Virus record (IMG/VR): IMGVR_UViG_2609460125_000009
Length of the DNA stretch: 64,000 bases
Reading direction: 5' to 3' (one strand)
From: a virus
Taxonomy: Duplodnaviria; Heunggongvirae; Uroviricota; Caudoviricetes
Shown: one piece after another, positions 48,270 to 58,667 of the stretch
Numbering within the stretch: the first letter of the stretch is position 1
Layout: every line of letters starts with the position of its first letter
Translations under genes and position numbers: made by a program
Notes under the pieces: model-generated
Told to the model about the DNA's origin: nothing
Seen by the model: the letters and a program-made list of their open reading frames with translations, nothing else
Databases searched by the model: none

Positions 48270-49355
48270 ATGACTTTGCCATACGGCGTCATTTCTGACT
48301 GCCACTACCACAAATGGGATGCGTTCTCCACGACGAACGCTGAGGGGCTTAACTCCAGACTTGAAATACAGTTGGAAGCAACGAAAGAAGCAGCCATCGC
48401 CATGAAGAAGGCCGGTTGTACGTACATGTTGGTTGCCGGTGATACATTTCACGTCCGAGGAACTGTGTCCCCTTCTGTTTTGCATTACGTAACTGAAACG
48501 TACAAGTGGATTATCAACGAGCTTGATCTGACAGTAGTAATGCTGGCCGGTAATCACGATCTTGAAACCAACGATTCAGTATATAGCGCCAACGCAGCAG
48601 CATCGCTGAGTTCTATCGGCGTGGTAATCGTATGTGGCAAGTGCCCACACTCAATAAAAATTGGTGATGTGACTGTCCACCTGATTAGCTGGCGTAACAA
48701 TCATGCGGAGCTTATCAGCGATCTGAAAGCATTACGTAAGAGCGTAGAAGGTGACAATCATGACGTTGTTATCCATACATCCATTAACAAAGCCATTCCA
48801 ACAATGCCTGACGTCGGTATCGATGCGCAGGAGTTAAAGGATATCGGCTTTCGTCTCGTGCTTAGTGGGCATTACCACAACCACAAAGAGGTCATTCCTG
48901 GAGTTATCAGTGTCGGTGCACTGACTCATCAAAATTGGGGAGATGTTGGATCTCTGGCTGGCTACATGATCGTAAACCCGGACGGCAGTTTCAGTCACTA
49001 CGAAACCAGTGCGCCTAAATTCATTAACCTGGAAGATGATGTTGCTGATGACCAAATTCGCGGCAACTACGTGCGTTTCCGCGCCGTAATTGAGAACGAT
49101 GAAGAAGGCATTAAGTACCAGAACATCCTCAAAACAATGGGTGCAAAAGGTGTCGTGTGCAACTTCATCCGTAAGTCATCAATGATGGAAGGGACAGCCA
49201 GCACAACTGAAACCAGCAAAATCGATAGCCTGGGAGAGTCGGTATCTGCTTATTGCAAGATTGTCCACGATACTGACGGCGGATTTGATCTGAGCAAATT
49301 GGATATTTTGTGTCAGGAAATCCTCACCGAAGCGGAGAGTTCGGAGGCTGTGTGA
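48270..49355 (+). CDS. sbcD: SbcD/Mre11-like nuclease subunit (calcineurin-like phosphoesterase)
   Basis: Conserved leader AAAGGAAAAACACATG; phosphoesterase motifs DCHYH, GDTFH, GNHD, GHYH. Confidence 0.85.
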   Translation: MTLPYGVISDCHYHKWDAFSTTNAEGLNSRLEIQLEATKEAAIAMKKAGCTYMLVAGDTFHVRGTVSPSVLHYVTETYKWIINELDLTVVMLAGNHDLETNDSVYSANAAASLSSIGVVIVCGKCPHSIKIGDVTVHLISWRNNHAELISDLKALRKSVEGDNHDVVIHTSINKAIPTMPDVGIDAQELKDIGFRLVLSGHYHNHKEVIPGVISVGALTHQNWGDVGSLAGYMIVNPDGSFSHYETSAPKFINLEDDVADDQIRGNYVRFRAVIENDEEGIKYQNILKTMGAKGVVCNFIRKSSMMEGTASTTETSKIDSLGESVSAYCKIVHDTDGGFDLSKLDILCQEILTEAESSEAV

Positions 49356-49584
49356 AGCAAAGTCGTTATGGGAGCTTTCGAGACTTTGCCATCACGATGA
49401 AAAGACTTGAACGAGGCCAGACGGTGATGTTTCACAAGCCCTACCCGCCACAAGGAAATCCCGTAGCGTTTTATCTTGGAAGGTTAACAAGAAAAGGCGT
49501 ATTGAGACGCAGATCCTTCCCGGCGCATACGGAGTTCAGATTGAAAGAAGGCCAAAAGCTAACACACGGTATCAGAGGTGTTAT

Positions 49585-51501
49585 ATGAAGTTTTTAAAGC
49601 TCCAGGTTGAGAATTTTATGGCTATCGCCAGCGCGGAGGTCGAGTTAGATCAGCGTGGTTTAGTGCTCATTCAGGGTGTTAATAGTGATGATAGTTCCGC
49701 ATCAAGTAATGGCTCTGGAAAGTCAACTCTAATGAATAGCCTGATGTGGTGTCTTTATGGCGAAACAGCTCATGGTGTGAAGGGTGACGATGTGTTGTCT
49801 ACCGACCATGAAAAGAACTGTCGTGTTGCAGTAACCATCGAGGATGAAGGCAAGAGATACGCAATCATTCGTCACCGTAAACACAAAGAGTTCAAAAATC
49901 GTCTTATCGTTCGTGGTGAAGATGGCGATATGACGAAAGGCAAAGATGCGCTGACGCAGGAGTTCGTCGAGCGTCTGATCGGTGCATCTAAAGAGGTTTT
50001 CATGGCTTCCATCTATGCGAGCCAAGAAGCTATGCCAGATTTACCTGGAATGTCCGACAAAAACCTCAAAACCATCGTAGAAGAAGCCGCTGGCGTTGAC
50101 AGACTGACACGCGCCTACGCTATTGCTCGTGAGCGAGCTAATGCAGCTGCCGCACGTATGGATGTGGTTAAAACCAAATTGGAGTCGACAATCTCGACCA
50201 TTGAGGCAACACAGTCAGAAATTGAGTCAGCGAAAGCCTCCTCTGAATCATGGGAGCAAGAGCGTTCTAAACGTTATGACGATGCCCTGGCTGGGCTGGC
50301 CAGTGCCGAAGTTGAGTTAACGGAAGTTGAACTTGAGATCCGCACTCTTCCCGAACAGATACGTGATACCGAGAAGGCAATCGAAAGTGAGCGCAAAAAG
50401 TTAGCCTCAAAAGAAGAACATGACGCCAAGTTGCTCAAAGTTCGTGGTGCGATAACTGATATTCGGGCAAGCATCAAAGCTACAGAAAATAGTCAGGCTG
50501 ATGCAATGAACCGCGCGCGTAATTTTAAGACCAAAGCAGAAGAGGTTGGTACTAAAGTGGGATCACCATGCCCTACTTGTGGCAAAGCCTACTGCGAAGA
50601 AGATCTATCAACGGTGAAGGAGAATTTCATTGAACAAGCACGTCAGGAAATTGGTCAGGCGAAGACACTTGCAGAGGCAATGGCTAAACACAAAACGAAT
50701 CTTGAGAAAGCGTTAAGCATTGAGTCTGCCCTTGTTAAAACGACACCTGATGTAACGGCTATCATTGCCCGGATTGAAGAGCTTACGAAACAACTCTCAT
50801 CTTTGCGTCATCGTGAGAAGGAGGTTGTTGCTATTGAGTCTCTTGTGACTCGTGCTCGTACTGAGGTCGATCGTATATCAAAAGAGATTAATCCGTTTAT
50901 TGCTCTTATCGCCAGACACGAAGATAACCTGGTATCCAGTAAGTCTACCTTCAAGTCCTTAAAAGATGAGTTGAAGGCTATTCAGGAACAAACGTTGCTA
51001 TTGGAAAAAGCTCGTCAGGTCTACTCTCCTGCCGGGGTGCGTTCTCATATTTTGACGTCTGTTACGCCTTTCCTGAATACACGCACTGCCGAGTATCTCA
51101 ATACGTTGTCTGACGGGAATATTACTGCTGAGTGGTCGACGATGGATGTCACTAAAAAAGGTGAGTATCGCGACAAATTCAACATTAGTGTGCAGAAGAA
51201 AGGTTCAAGTAAGTCGTTCCAAACCCTCTCTGGTGGTGAGAAGCGGAAGGTTCGCATTGCGTGTTCTTTGGCATTGCAGGATCTGGTTAGTAACCGGGCG
51301 AGTAAAAACATCGATTTGTTTATCGGCGACGAAATTGACGATGCACTCGATACAGCCGGTCTTGAACGCCTCATGGGTATTCTGGAGTCCAAAGCTCGCG
51401 AGCGAGGTACTGTGCTGATTATCTCCCATAAAGAGATGAAGTCGTGGTTCCGGGAAACTATTACGCTGGAAGTTAAAGAGGGGCGCAGCTATGTCGTTTA
51501 A
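49585..51501 (+). CDS. sbcC: SbcC/Rad50-like ATPase
   Basis: Walker A NGSGKST, long coiled coil with central zinc hook CPTCG, ABC signature LSGGEKRK, Walker B LFIGDEID. Confidence 0.85.
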   Translation: MKFLKLQVENFMAIASAEVELDQRGLVLIQGVNSDDSSASSNGSGKSTLMNSLMWCLYGETAHGVKGDDVLSTDHEKNCRVAVTIEDEGKRYAIIRHRKHKEFKNRLIVRGEDGDMTKGKDALTQEFVERLIGASKEVFMASIYASQEAMPDLPGMSDKNLKTIVEEAAGVDRLTRAYAIARERANAAAARMDVVKTKLESTISTIEATQSEIESAKASSESWEQERSKRYDDALAGLASAEVELTEVELEIRTLPEQIRDTEKAIESERKKLASKEEHDAKLLKVRGAITDIRASIKATENSQADAMNRARNFKTKAEEVGTKVGSPCPTCGKAYCEEDLSTVKENFIEQARQEIGQAKTLAEAMAKHKTNLEKALSIESALVKTTPDVTAIIARIEELTKQLSSLRHREKEVVAIESLVTRARTEVDRISKEINPFIALIARHEDNLVSSKSTFKSLKDELKAIQEQTLLLEKARQVYSPAGVRSHILTSVTPFLNTRTAEYLNTLSDGNITAEWSTMDVTKKGEYRDKFNISVQKKGSSKSFQTLSGGEKRKVRIACSLALQDLVSNRASKNIDLFIGDEIDDALDTAGLERLMGILESKARERGTVLIISHKEMKSWFRETITLEVKEGRSYVV

Positions 51502-52234
51502 ATTAAGCCGCTCGCAGTTTTTGCAGGTATTTGCAGTGATGCAGTCGATAAAACTGATCAATGGGCATACTTCCAATGGTGCGGCTCCACGTATTCTGTG
51601 GGGCAGCAACAATATTGACGGAGTACAATTCGCCGCGTTGCTTGGTCTAATATCCGAGACGCCATTGATGCAAAGTTTGAAATCACTACCACCTGGATGT
51701 ATTGCGCCGATCCTGATTAATCCTTTTGTTGAGGGGGGATATCTTCCCAACGTCGGGCCTGGGTTTATCGCAACCCATGAAACTGAAGATCTTAACATTG
51801 ATAGCGAAGGGTTCTTTGGGGCAATGGATGCGCATCTCTGTATGGCTTTCACGAACCTTATTCGACTTGCCAATAAGCGGGTGGATAGTTTGGCATCGCC
51901 AGGTGATGCTTTTACTGGTTTCCTTATCCAAAGGAGGGATAAAAAGTACAGTGCGGACAAACTACAGTTTGTTGGTAAGTATGGAGAAATGGTAGAAATC
52001 GAACTTCAGCTCCCTCATGTTTTAGCAAACGATAGTGCAGACAGTCGGAGGCTGTTGGGCATCATGCGTCATTTCATAGCAAGTGGCGTTAAACATGCCG
52101 TAGATAAACGTGTCACGCAGGAAAATGAGTATTCAGACTTTGCAAACTATCCCCAACCAACGTTGCAAACGGCAATAGTAGCCAATTCGTTGGAGGCGAG
52201 ATTATTGGAAAACCCTCTATGGGGAACATGGTAA
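51491..52234 (+). CDS. hypothetical protein (possible sliding-clamp-like accessory, speculative)
   Basis: 247-aa ORF overlapping the sbcC stop; N-terminus MSFKLSRSQFLQVFAVMQSIKL loosely recalls the T4 gp45 N-terminus, and it sits beside the gp46/47-like pair. Confidence 0.5.
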   Translation: MSFKLSRSQFLQVFAVMQSIKLINGHTSNGAAPRILWGSNNIDGVQFAALLGLISETPLMQSLKSLPPGCIAPILINPFVEGGYLPNVGPGFIATHETEDLNIDSEGFFGAMDAHLCMAFTNLIRLANKRVDSLASPGDAFTGFLIQRRDKKYSADKLQFVGKYGEMVEIELQLPHVLANDSADSRRLLGIMRHFIASGVKHAVDKRVTQENEYSDFANYPQPTLQTAIVANSLEARLLENPLWGTW

Positions 52235-52243
52235 GGAGACTAT

Positions 52244-52813
52244 ATGAGTAAAAAAATCAGCGTAGTTGGTGTTGATCCCTCTATGAGCAACTTTGGGCTT
52301 GCTGTGGGCACTTTAGACCTTGAAACGGACGAACTTGAGATTCACGGCCTTACTCTTGTTGAGACTAAAGCGGGGAGTAACAAAAAGACCGTTCGTGTGA
52401 ACAGTGACGATCTGCGCCGTGCCAGTGAAATATGGCGTGTTGCGAAGCCAATCATTGATAAGGCGAATATGGTTTTTTGTGAACTACCGGTTGGGAGCCA
52501 AAACTCTCGTTCGCAGACGTCTTACGGTATTTGTATCGGTGTACTTGCGTGTGTGGATAAGCCATTGATCCAGGTCACTCCAAACGAAATCAAGCATTTT
52601 GTTGGCAATAAACTTACTACATCGAAAGAAGAGATTATCCAGTGGGCTACGAAAAAACACCCTAAAGCACCGTGGCTGCGTCGTAAGCAATCTGGACAGG
52701 ATGTTCTCGTGAACAAAAACGAACATTTGGCTGATGCGGTGGCTGCCATCCATACCGGTATGCAAACAGATCAGTTTCGCCAGGTGCGCGATGTTCTCAA
52801 GTCTCTCATTTGA
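52244..52813 (+). CDS. RuvC-like Holliday junction resolvase
   Basis: N-terminal VVGVDPS...FGLAV and C-terminal HLADAVA motifs consistent with the RuvC catalytic acidic residues. Confidence 0.7.
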   Translation: MSKKISVVGVDPSMSNFGLAVGTLDLETDELEIHGLTLVETKAGSNKKTVRVNSDDLRRASEIWRVAKPIIDKANMVFCELPVGSQNSRSQTSYGICIGVLACVDKPLIQVTPNEIKHFVGNKLTTSKEEIIQWATKKHPKAPWLRRKQSGQDVLVNKNEHLADAVAAIHTGMQTDQFRQVRDVLKSLI

Positions 52814-52886
52814 TCTCATTGATAGGTAAGTGCTTATCTATTAACATGGGCCACTAAATATAGTGGCCCTCTTTATTTGGTGATAC

Positions 52887-55202
52887 ATGATAAGCATCGT
52901 AAAACGTAACGGCCAAACAGAGCCGTTATCCGAAGAAAAATACAACCGCGTCGTAATGTATGGCGTAGAAGGCATTCGTGGTGTAAGCGCATCCGCTGTA
53001 GCAATGGGAGCTGCGACCAGCATTTTTGATGGGATTACCACCAGCCAGTTGCATGAGGCTTTGGTTAAATCTGCCGCTGATTTGATCTCACCAGATGCAC
53101 CAAATTACTCGCAGGTGGCTGCCCGCCTGAACATTTTTAAAATCCGCAAAGATGCCTTCGGTCGTTACGACTATCCGAACTTCTACCAACACATTGTCAA
53201 GAACGTTAACAAGGGCGTTTATGACAAGGATTTGCTGACACATTATTCATTTGAAGAGATCGAAGAACTCGGCAATTACATTAAGCCTAAACGTGACGAT
53301 CTTTTTGGCTATGCAGCTACGGTGCAGTTGCAAAGCAAATACCTCGTTCAAAACCGTGTTACTGGTGAGATTCACGAAGGCCCGCAACATATCTATATGC
53401 TGGTGGGCATGTGTCTGTTCCAGAATTGGGAAGACGACTGCGCGGGCAAAACACGTATGGAGATGGTCAAAGGTTTCTATGACGTTACAAGTACGTTCAA
53501 GCTGTCTCTGCCCACACCAATCATGGCCGGCGTCCGTACTCCAACCCGTCAGTTCTCCAGTTGTGTGCTGATTGAGTCTGGCGATAGTCTGAAAGGGATT
53601 AGTGCAGCTTCAGCCGCAATTATCGACTACGTTTCACGTCGTGCTGGAATTGGTATTGGTTTTGGCCGTATCCGTGCGCTGGGCAGCGAGATCCGCAATG
53701 GTGAAGCCACCCATACCGGAGTTATTCCATTCCTGAAGCATTTCCAGACGGCTGTTAAATCTTGTTCGCAAGGTGGTGTTCGTGGTGGCGCAGCAACAGC
53801 GTTTTACCCGATCTGGCATCTTGAAGTTGAAAGTCTGCTGGTGGTGAAAAATAACCGTGGTATTGATGAAAACCGCGTTCGCCATCTTGATTACGGCGTC
53901 ATGAGTAACCGTCTAATGTACCGTCGACTCGTCAGAAGCGAGAACATCACTCTGTTCAGCCCGCATGATGTGCCTGATATGTACGAAGCCTTCTTCACAG
54001 ACCAGGATCTGTTTGAAAAGCTGTACCATAAATACGAAGCCGATGATTCAATTCGCAAGAAGTCAGTACCTGCCATTGAGCTGTTCTCATCTCTGATGCA
54101 GGAACGAGCGTCCACGGGCCGAATTTATATTGCGAACGTCGATCATATTAACGAGCATGGCGCTTTCATTCCTGCTCTTGCACCTGTTCGCCAGTCAAAC
54201 CTGTGCATGGAGATCACTCTACCCACTCGTCCACTGGCATTTACCGACGACCCGAACGGTGAGATCGCGCTATGCACTTTATCCGCTTTTAACCTCGGAG
54301 CCATCCGTTCACTGGAGTCCCTTAAAGAGGTGGCGTTCTATGCCGTTGCTGCACTGGATTCGTTACTGGATTATCAAGACTATCCGATGGAGGCAGCCGA
54401 AGTGCCTGCCAAAGCTCGTCGTAGCTTGGGAATTGGTGTAACCAACTTTGCTTATTACCTGGCAAAGAATGGCGTTCGTTATTCTGATACCGCTGGCAAT
54501 AAACTGGTGCATGAAACGTTCGAAGCTATCCAGTATTACCTTCTTGATGCCAGCTGCCGACTTGCTGAAGCAAAAGGTGAGTGTGACTGGTTTGAGCAGA
54601 CCAAGTACGCAATTGGTCAGTTGCCGATCGACCATTACCGTTCTTCATTAGACGAAAGTGGCGAAACCAACTTTGAGTTAAAGATGCCGTGGGAAGAACT
54701 GCGTGAACGTATTGCAAAATACGGCCTTCGCAACTCCACACTGACGGCACAAATGCCATGCGAGACTTCCAGCCAGATCACTAATTCCACCAACGGCATC
54801 GAACCGCCTCGTGGCCCGGTGTCGGTGAAATCTTCTAAGGACGGCATCGTTAAGATGGTCGTGCCTGAGTTTGAAAAACTGAAGGAACAGTATGAATACC
54901 TGTGGGATATGCCGGACAACCGCGGCTATCTGACAAAGGTGGCGATCATCCAGAAGTTCTTTGACCAGGCTATTTCAGCCAATACCAACTATGACCCTTC
55001 TCGCTTTGAAGGCGATAAAGTCCCAATGATGACGCTACTGTCAGATTTGCTTCTCGCCTACAAGATGGGAGTTAAAACGCTTTACTACCACAACACCAGA
55101 GATGGTGCAGGAAAGCGTGATGACGACGAAGCGCAGAATCCACTTACGCAAGCTGTAGCCGTCGAGCCAGAAGATGAGTGCGACGGAGCCTGCAAAATCT
55201 GA
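52887..55202 (+). CDS. nrdA: ribonucleoside-diphosphate reductase class Ia alpha subunit
   Basis: ATP-cone N-terminus; active-site region SNLCMEI; C-terminal Cys pair (ECDGACKI); collinear with E. coli NrdA as I recall it, with very high similarity. Confidence 0.95.
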   Translation: MISIVKRNGQTEPLSEEKYNRVVMYGVEGIRGVSASAVAMGAATSIFDGITTSQLHEALVKSAADLISPDAPNYSQVAARLNIFKIRKDAFGRYDYPNFYQHIVKNVNKGVYDKDLLTHYSFEEIEELGNYIKPKRDDLFGYAATVQLQSKYLVQNRVTGEIHEGPQHIYMLVGMCLFQNWEDDCAGKTRMEMVKGFYDVTSTFKLSLPTPIMAGVRTPTRQFSSCVLIESGDSLKGISAASAAIIDYVSRRAGIGIGFGRIRALGSEIRNGEATHTGVIPFLKHFQTAVKSCSQGGVRGGAATAFYPIWHLEVESLLVVKNNRGIDENRVRHLDYGVMSNRLMYRRLVRSENITLFSPHDVPDMYEAFFTDQDLFEKLYHKYEADDSIRKKSVPAIELFSSLMQERASTGRIYIANVDHINEHGAFIPALAPVRQSNLCMEITLPTRPLAFTDDPNGEIALCTLSAFNLGAIRSLESLKEVAFYAVAALDSLLDYQDYPMEAAEVPAKARRSLGIGVTNFAYYLAKNGVRYSDTAGNKLVHETFEAIQYYLLDASCRLAEAKGECDWFEQTKYAIGQLPIDHYRSSLDESGETNFELKMPWEELRERIAKYGLRNSTLTAQMPCETSSQITNSTNGIEPPRGPVSVKSSKDGIVKMVVPEFEKLKEQYEYLWDMPDNRGYLTKVAIIQKFFDQAISANTNYDPSRFEGDKVPMMTLLSDLLLAYKMGVKTLYYHNTRDGAGKRDDDEAQNPLTQAVAVEPEDECDGACKI

Positions 55203-55207
55203 CATAT

Positions 55208-55235
55208 GGTGGGGTATATCCCCACCTTATCTTTG
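55208..55235 (+). terminator. rho-independent terminator
   Basis: GGTGGGG-TATAT-CCCCACC followed by TTATCTTT after the nrdA stop. Confidence 0.65.
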
Positions 55236-55302
55236 ATTTGTAAGCCTTGTTTAAACACATAAGATAACAACTTGTTTAAACACATCAAAAAAGGAAAAAC
55301 AC

Positions 55303-56445
55303 ATGTCATATTCAACGTTCCGTTTGGGTGCTAATGATGCAACCAAAGAGCCTATGTTCCTCGGACAATCTGTCAACGTGGCACGTTACGATCAGCAAAA
55401 ATACCGTGATTTTGAAAAGTTGATTGAACGTCAATTGTCTTTCTTCTGGCGGCCGGAAGAAGTTGATATTTCGAGTGATCGTATCGACTTCAACACGAAG
55501 CTGCGGGACCACGAACGTCACATTTTTCTGAGCAATCTCCGTTATCAAACGTTACTCGATTCAGTTCAGGGACGTAGCCCAAATGCAACGCTTCTGCCGC
55601 TTATCTCTATTCCTGAACTGGAAACGTGGGTTGAAACATGGTCTTTCTCTGAGACTATCCATAGCCGCAGCTACACCCACATTATTCGTGGCATGGTGGA
55701 CGATCCGAGTATTGTTTTTGACGGTATTGTTACGGATGAAGAAATCATCAACCGAGCGATCAGTATCTCTGCTGAATATGACAGGCTTTATGGGATGACC
55801 TGCGAGCGCCAGTCGTTAGGTGAGAAAGAGTTTGAACGTCTGTACGTAAATGAATATGGCTGGGAGCCATACCCTTTGCACCGTCAGCTTTTCCGCACGT
55901 TGGTGTCCATTAATGCGCTTGAGGCGATCCGTTTCTATGTAAGTTTTGCATGTACGTTTGCCTTTGGCGAACGGAAGTTGCTTGAGGGTAACACCAAAAT
56001 TATGCGCTTTATTGCCCGTGATGAAGCTCTGCATTGCGAAGGAACTGAACGCATGATCCGCTTCATGCGTACCGGTCGCGAAGGCTTATTGTGGAAAGAG
56101 ATTGCTGCTGATGAAGAAAACGTCATTTACGACACCATGAAATCAGTCGCCGAACAAGAAATGAACTGGGCAGACTATCTCTTCAAAGACGGTTCGATGA
56201 TTGGTTTAAACGCGGATATTCTGAAGACCTATGTAAAATACCGCACCAATCTGGCTATGAATCGTCTTGGCCTGAAGGCTTTATTTCCAGAAGTTACCAC
56301 AGATCCGCTGGTCTGGATGAACAAGTGGTTGTTAACCGACACACTGCAAATTGCACCACAAGAGGCAGAGCAAAGCACATATCTGGTAGGTCAGATCGAT
56401 TCTACCGTGGATAAGGCTTCTCTAAGCCAGTTTGCAGACCTGTAA
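55303..56445 (+). CDS. nrdB: ribonucleoside-diphosphate reductase class Ia beta subunit
   Basis: Conserved leader AAAGGAAAAACACATG; collinear with E. coli NrdB as I recall it ([30 protein letters not shown] motifs). Confidence 0.9.
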   Translation: MSYSTFRLGANDATKEPMFLGQSVNVARYDQQKYRDFEKLIERQLSFFWRPEEVDISSDRIDFNTKLRDHERHIFLSNLRYQTLLDSVQGRSPNATLLPLISIPELETWVETWSFSETIHSRSYTHIIRGMVDDPSIVFDGIVTDEEIINRAISISAEYDRLYGMTCERQSLGEKEFERLYVNEYGWEPYPLHRQLFRTLVSINALEAIRFYVSFACTFAFGERKLLEGNTKIMRFIARDEALHCEGTERMIRFMRTGREGLLWKEIAADEENVIYDTMKSVAEQEMNWADYLFKDGSMIGLNADILKTYVKYRTNLAMNRLGLKALFPEVTTDPLVWMNKWLLTDTLQIAPQEAEQSTYLVGQIDSTVDKASLSQFADL

Positions 56446-56522
56446 ACCGATACAAAGCATTATGTGGCCTGGCAACGCTGGGCCACAATGGATCACAAGA
56501 ATTAAGAAGGAACAAAACTAGC

Positions 56523-57392
56523 ATGAACTTTACCAAACTGACTGACCACCTGAAACTTGCCACCGATCGTCTCATTGGATTTAAGCCAGAACCATATGAG
56601 TTGCATGAAGGTCATGGTGTAGCTACTGAAAGTATTTACAAGATGGTCGATCAGTTTCATGAACTCTTCCAGCATCCGAGACGCGTTATGCCGACACCAG
56701 AGCTGCTTCGTCTCCGTGCAAGCCTGATTCATGAAGAAGCTGTAGTGGAAGGTATTCCAGCCGCAATGAATGGGGATATTGAGCAACTGCTGGATGCAAT
56801 GGCCGACTTTTTATACGTTGGTGTTGGTACGATGGTCGCCATCAAAGGTGGTATTTCTACCGGCATGACCTATTACACGCAGGAACAGAGCATTGATCGC
56901 TTTATGCAGACAATTTTTGTGCCCGGTAACACTGTTTTCGATGATATGGCAATGCCATTTCAGGAAGCTCGTGAGGCGTCATGTATGCTCGAAGAGCTGG
57001 CAGATAAACTTGAGAAGAAGACTGTTAAGGATTCTGAGCTGATTCAGGAACTGCGCCGTGTAATGAACAAAATCTATGTGGCGTGCATGATGACTTATCG
57101 ACTGGCTGATTTCCTCGGTATCAATGTCGTCGAGCTGGTTGGCGAAATTCATCGGTCTAACATGACAAAATTATGGCCTGCTGATGTTGAGGAACGTCGC
57201 CAGGCTGTGGCCAACTGCAAATACGACTCTTCAGATCTGGGATTCCGCCATGCTGATGGCACCGATAAGATGATCGGTTTTCGAATTTCCGATGGAAAGA
57301 TTATGAAGTCTCCAACCTATAGTGATGTCGATTTATCCTCCTTTGTTGAGCAAGCTAAAGCCTCAGCAATGTACGGAATGATCAAAAAATAA
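56523..57392 (+). CDS. hypothetical protein, possibly an all-alpha NTP pyrophosphohydrolase (MazG / dimeric dUTPase-like)
   Basis: RBS AAGGAA; EExxE...D..E-type acidic motifs (LIHEEAVVEG...DIEQLLDAMADF); assignment tentative. Confidence 0.4.
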   Translation: MNFTKLTDHLKLATDRLIGFKPEPYELHEGHGVATESIYKMVDQFHELFQHPRRVMPTPELLRLRASLIHEEAVVEGIPAAMNGDIEQLLDAMADFLYVGVGTMVAIKGGISTGMTYYTQEQSIDRFMQTIFVPGNTVFDDMAMPFQEAREASCMLEELADKLEKKTVKDSELIQELRRVMNKIYVACMMTYRLADFLGINVVELVGEIHRSNMTKLWPADVEERRQAVANCKYDSSDLGFRHADGTDKMIGFRISDGKIMKSPTYSDVDLSSFVEQAKASAMYGMIKK

Positions 57393-57447
57393 TTGTAGGT
57401 AGTTATCTATCTGTGTATATTTAACATGCGTAATAAAACTCTGGAAT

Positions 57448-57476
57448 GACTATTCGTTTTGGTGGCCTATGGCCGC
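57448..57476 (+). terminator. rho-independent terminator
   Basis: TGGTGGCC-TAT-GGCCGCCA followed by TTTTTTT. Confidence 0.7.
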
Positions 57477-57562
57477 CATTTTTTTATCTGTCTGGTCTTG
57501 TTCTCTCAATGAATGTAAACTCACACGATGAATAAGTAATTACTTATCTTTGTGAGGTTTTT

Positions 57563-58666
57563 GTGTCACTCCTTTTGAATCGAGAGCATACGAACGGTCA
57601 GGTAACAAACGCATCGTATGCAAAAGTTATTGAGACGGTGCTTAAAAGCGGCGTGCAGGCTGATGATCGCACAGGCACTGGTACTTTAAGCACCTGCTAC
57701 GTTCCCTCTTACTACATGCTTACTGGTGGGACTGTGCCGCTTATTTCTGGAAAGGCGGTAAATCTTAAGCCACTGCTTGTCGAACTTGAGTGGTATCTGA
57801 AAGGCACGGGCAACATCCAATTTCTCAAGGATAACGGCGTTAAGATTTGGGATGCATGGGCCGATGAGAATGGCGATTTGGGGCCGGTTTACGGTAAGCA
57901 GTGGCGTCGATGGGAAGATACCCGCATCGTGAGCCATAGTGAATATCTGAGCAAGATCGATACTTTCCGTGAACGCGGGTACAAAGTCGAGGGATACCTG
58001 GGTATCAGTGAAGATCGCGTAGTGCTGTCCCGTGAAATCGATCAGCTACAGCGTATTGTCGATACACTGCGCACGAACCCCACCGATCGTCGCATCATGC
58101 TTAACGCATGGAACGTAGGCGAGCTTGAGGATATGAAACTGCCACCTTGCCACTTTGTCTTCTCTTTGTGGAGTCGTGAGCTTGATTTTGAAACCCGTTT
58201 AACGATGGCAACTGACATTGGTCTTCAACACAGTCGCCTCGGTTATGAGTCTATCTACACCAAGATGCTATACGATCTGGAGATGGACGGCAGTGTTACT
58301 GAAACTGAACTGGATGAACTTGGAATCCCCAAACGCATCCTCAACTCCTGCCTCGTACAGCGTAGCGTAGACACTTTTGTTGGTATGCCATTCAATATTG
58401 CTGGCTATGGCATTCTCACTCATTTTCTCGCGAAGATTACGGGTCACATGGCCGGTGCATTTGTACATTTTGGCTTTGACGTGCATTTGTACAACAACCA
58501 CATGGAAGGTGTGTGTGAGCTAATGAAACGACAGGCTCCAGAGCATTCAGATCCGGTCGTTATTTTCCCTCATGAATGGTCTGAGCTGGATGATTTCAAA
58601 TGGGACGATATTCTGATTCTTGGCTATGACCCTCTACCGTGGATCAAGGTTCCAGTGGCGGTGTGA
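57563..58666 (+). CDS. thyA: thymidylate synthase (ThyA-type) with two insertions
   Basis: GTG start after GAGG; motifs DRTGTGT, DLGPVYGKQWR, RRIMLNAWNVGEL, LPPCH, QRSVD...GMPFNIAGY, HLYNNH; about 100 aa longer than the E. coli enzyme because of two inserted segments. Confidence 0.85.
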   Translation: MSLLLNREHTNGQVTNASYAKVIETVLKSGVQADDRTGTGTLSTCYVPSYYMLTGGTVPLISGKAVNLKPLLVELEWYLKGTGNIQFLKDNGVKIWDAWADENGDLGPVYGKQWRRWEDTRIVSHSEYLSKIDTFRERGYKVEGYLGISEDRVVLSREIDQLQRIVDTLRTNPTDRRIMLNAWNVGELEDMKLPPCHFVFSLWSRELDFETRLTMATDIGLQHSRLGYESIYTKMLYDLEMDGSVTETELDELGIPKRILNSCLVQRSVDTFVGMPFNIAGYGILTHFLAKITGHMAGAFVHFGFDVHLYNNHMEGVCELMKRQAPEHSDPVVIFPHEWSELDDFKWDDILILGYDPLPWIKVPVAV

Positions 58667-58667
58667 T

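Noticed and set aside
49397-49588. Small basic ORF (about 63 aa) in the 230-bp gap between sbcD and sbcC
   Set aside because: Weak ribosome-binding context and no recognisable motif; it may be real, but the evidence is insufficient to annotate.
51205-51960. 251-aa minus-strand ORF
   Set aside because: It overlaps the end of sbcC and the following + strand gene, has no RBS or start context, and runs against the + strand operon.
52848-52877. Hairpin GGGCCACT-AAATAT-AGTGGCCC plus T-run just upstream of nrdA, considered as an extra Rep iteron or attenuator
   Set aside because: It matches the iteron core only partially and is a single copy; it may simply terminate the ruvC operon, so it is not called as a separate feature.
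57563-58666. ThyA homologue considered as a dUMP/dCMP hydroxymethylase for base modification
   Set aside because: The adjacent DHFR gene and the conserved ThyA motifs favour a conventional thymidylate synthase; the alternative is kept only as a testable possibility in the findings.
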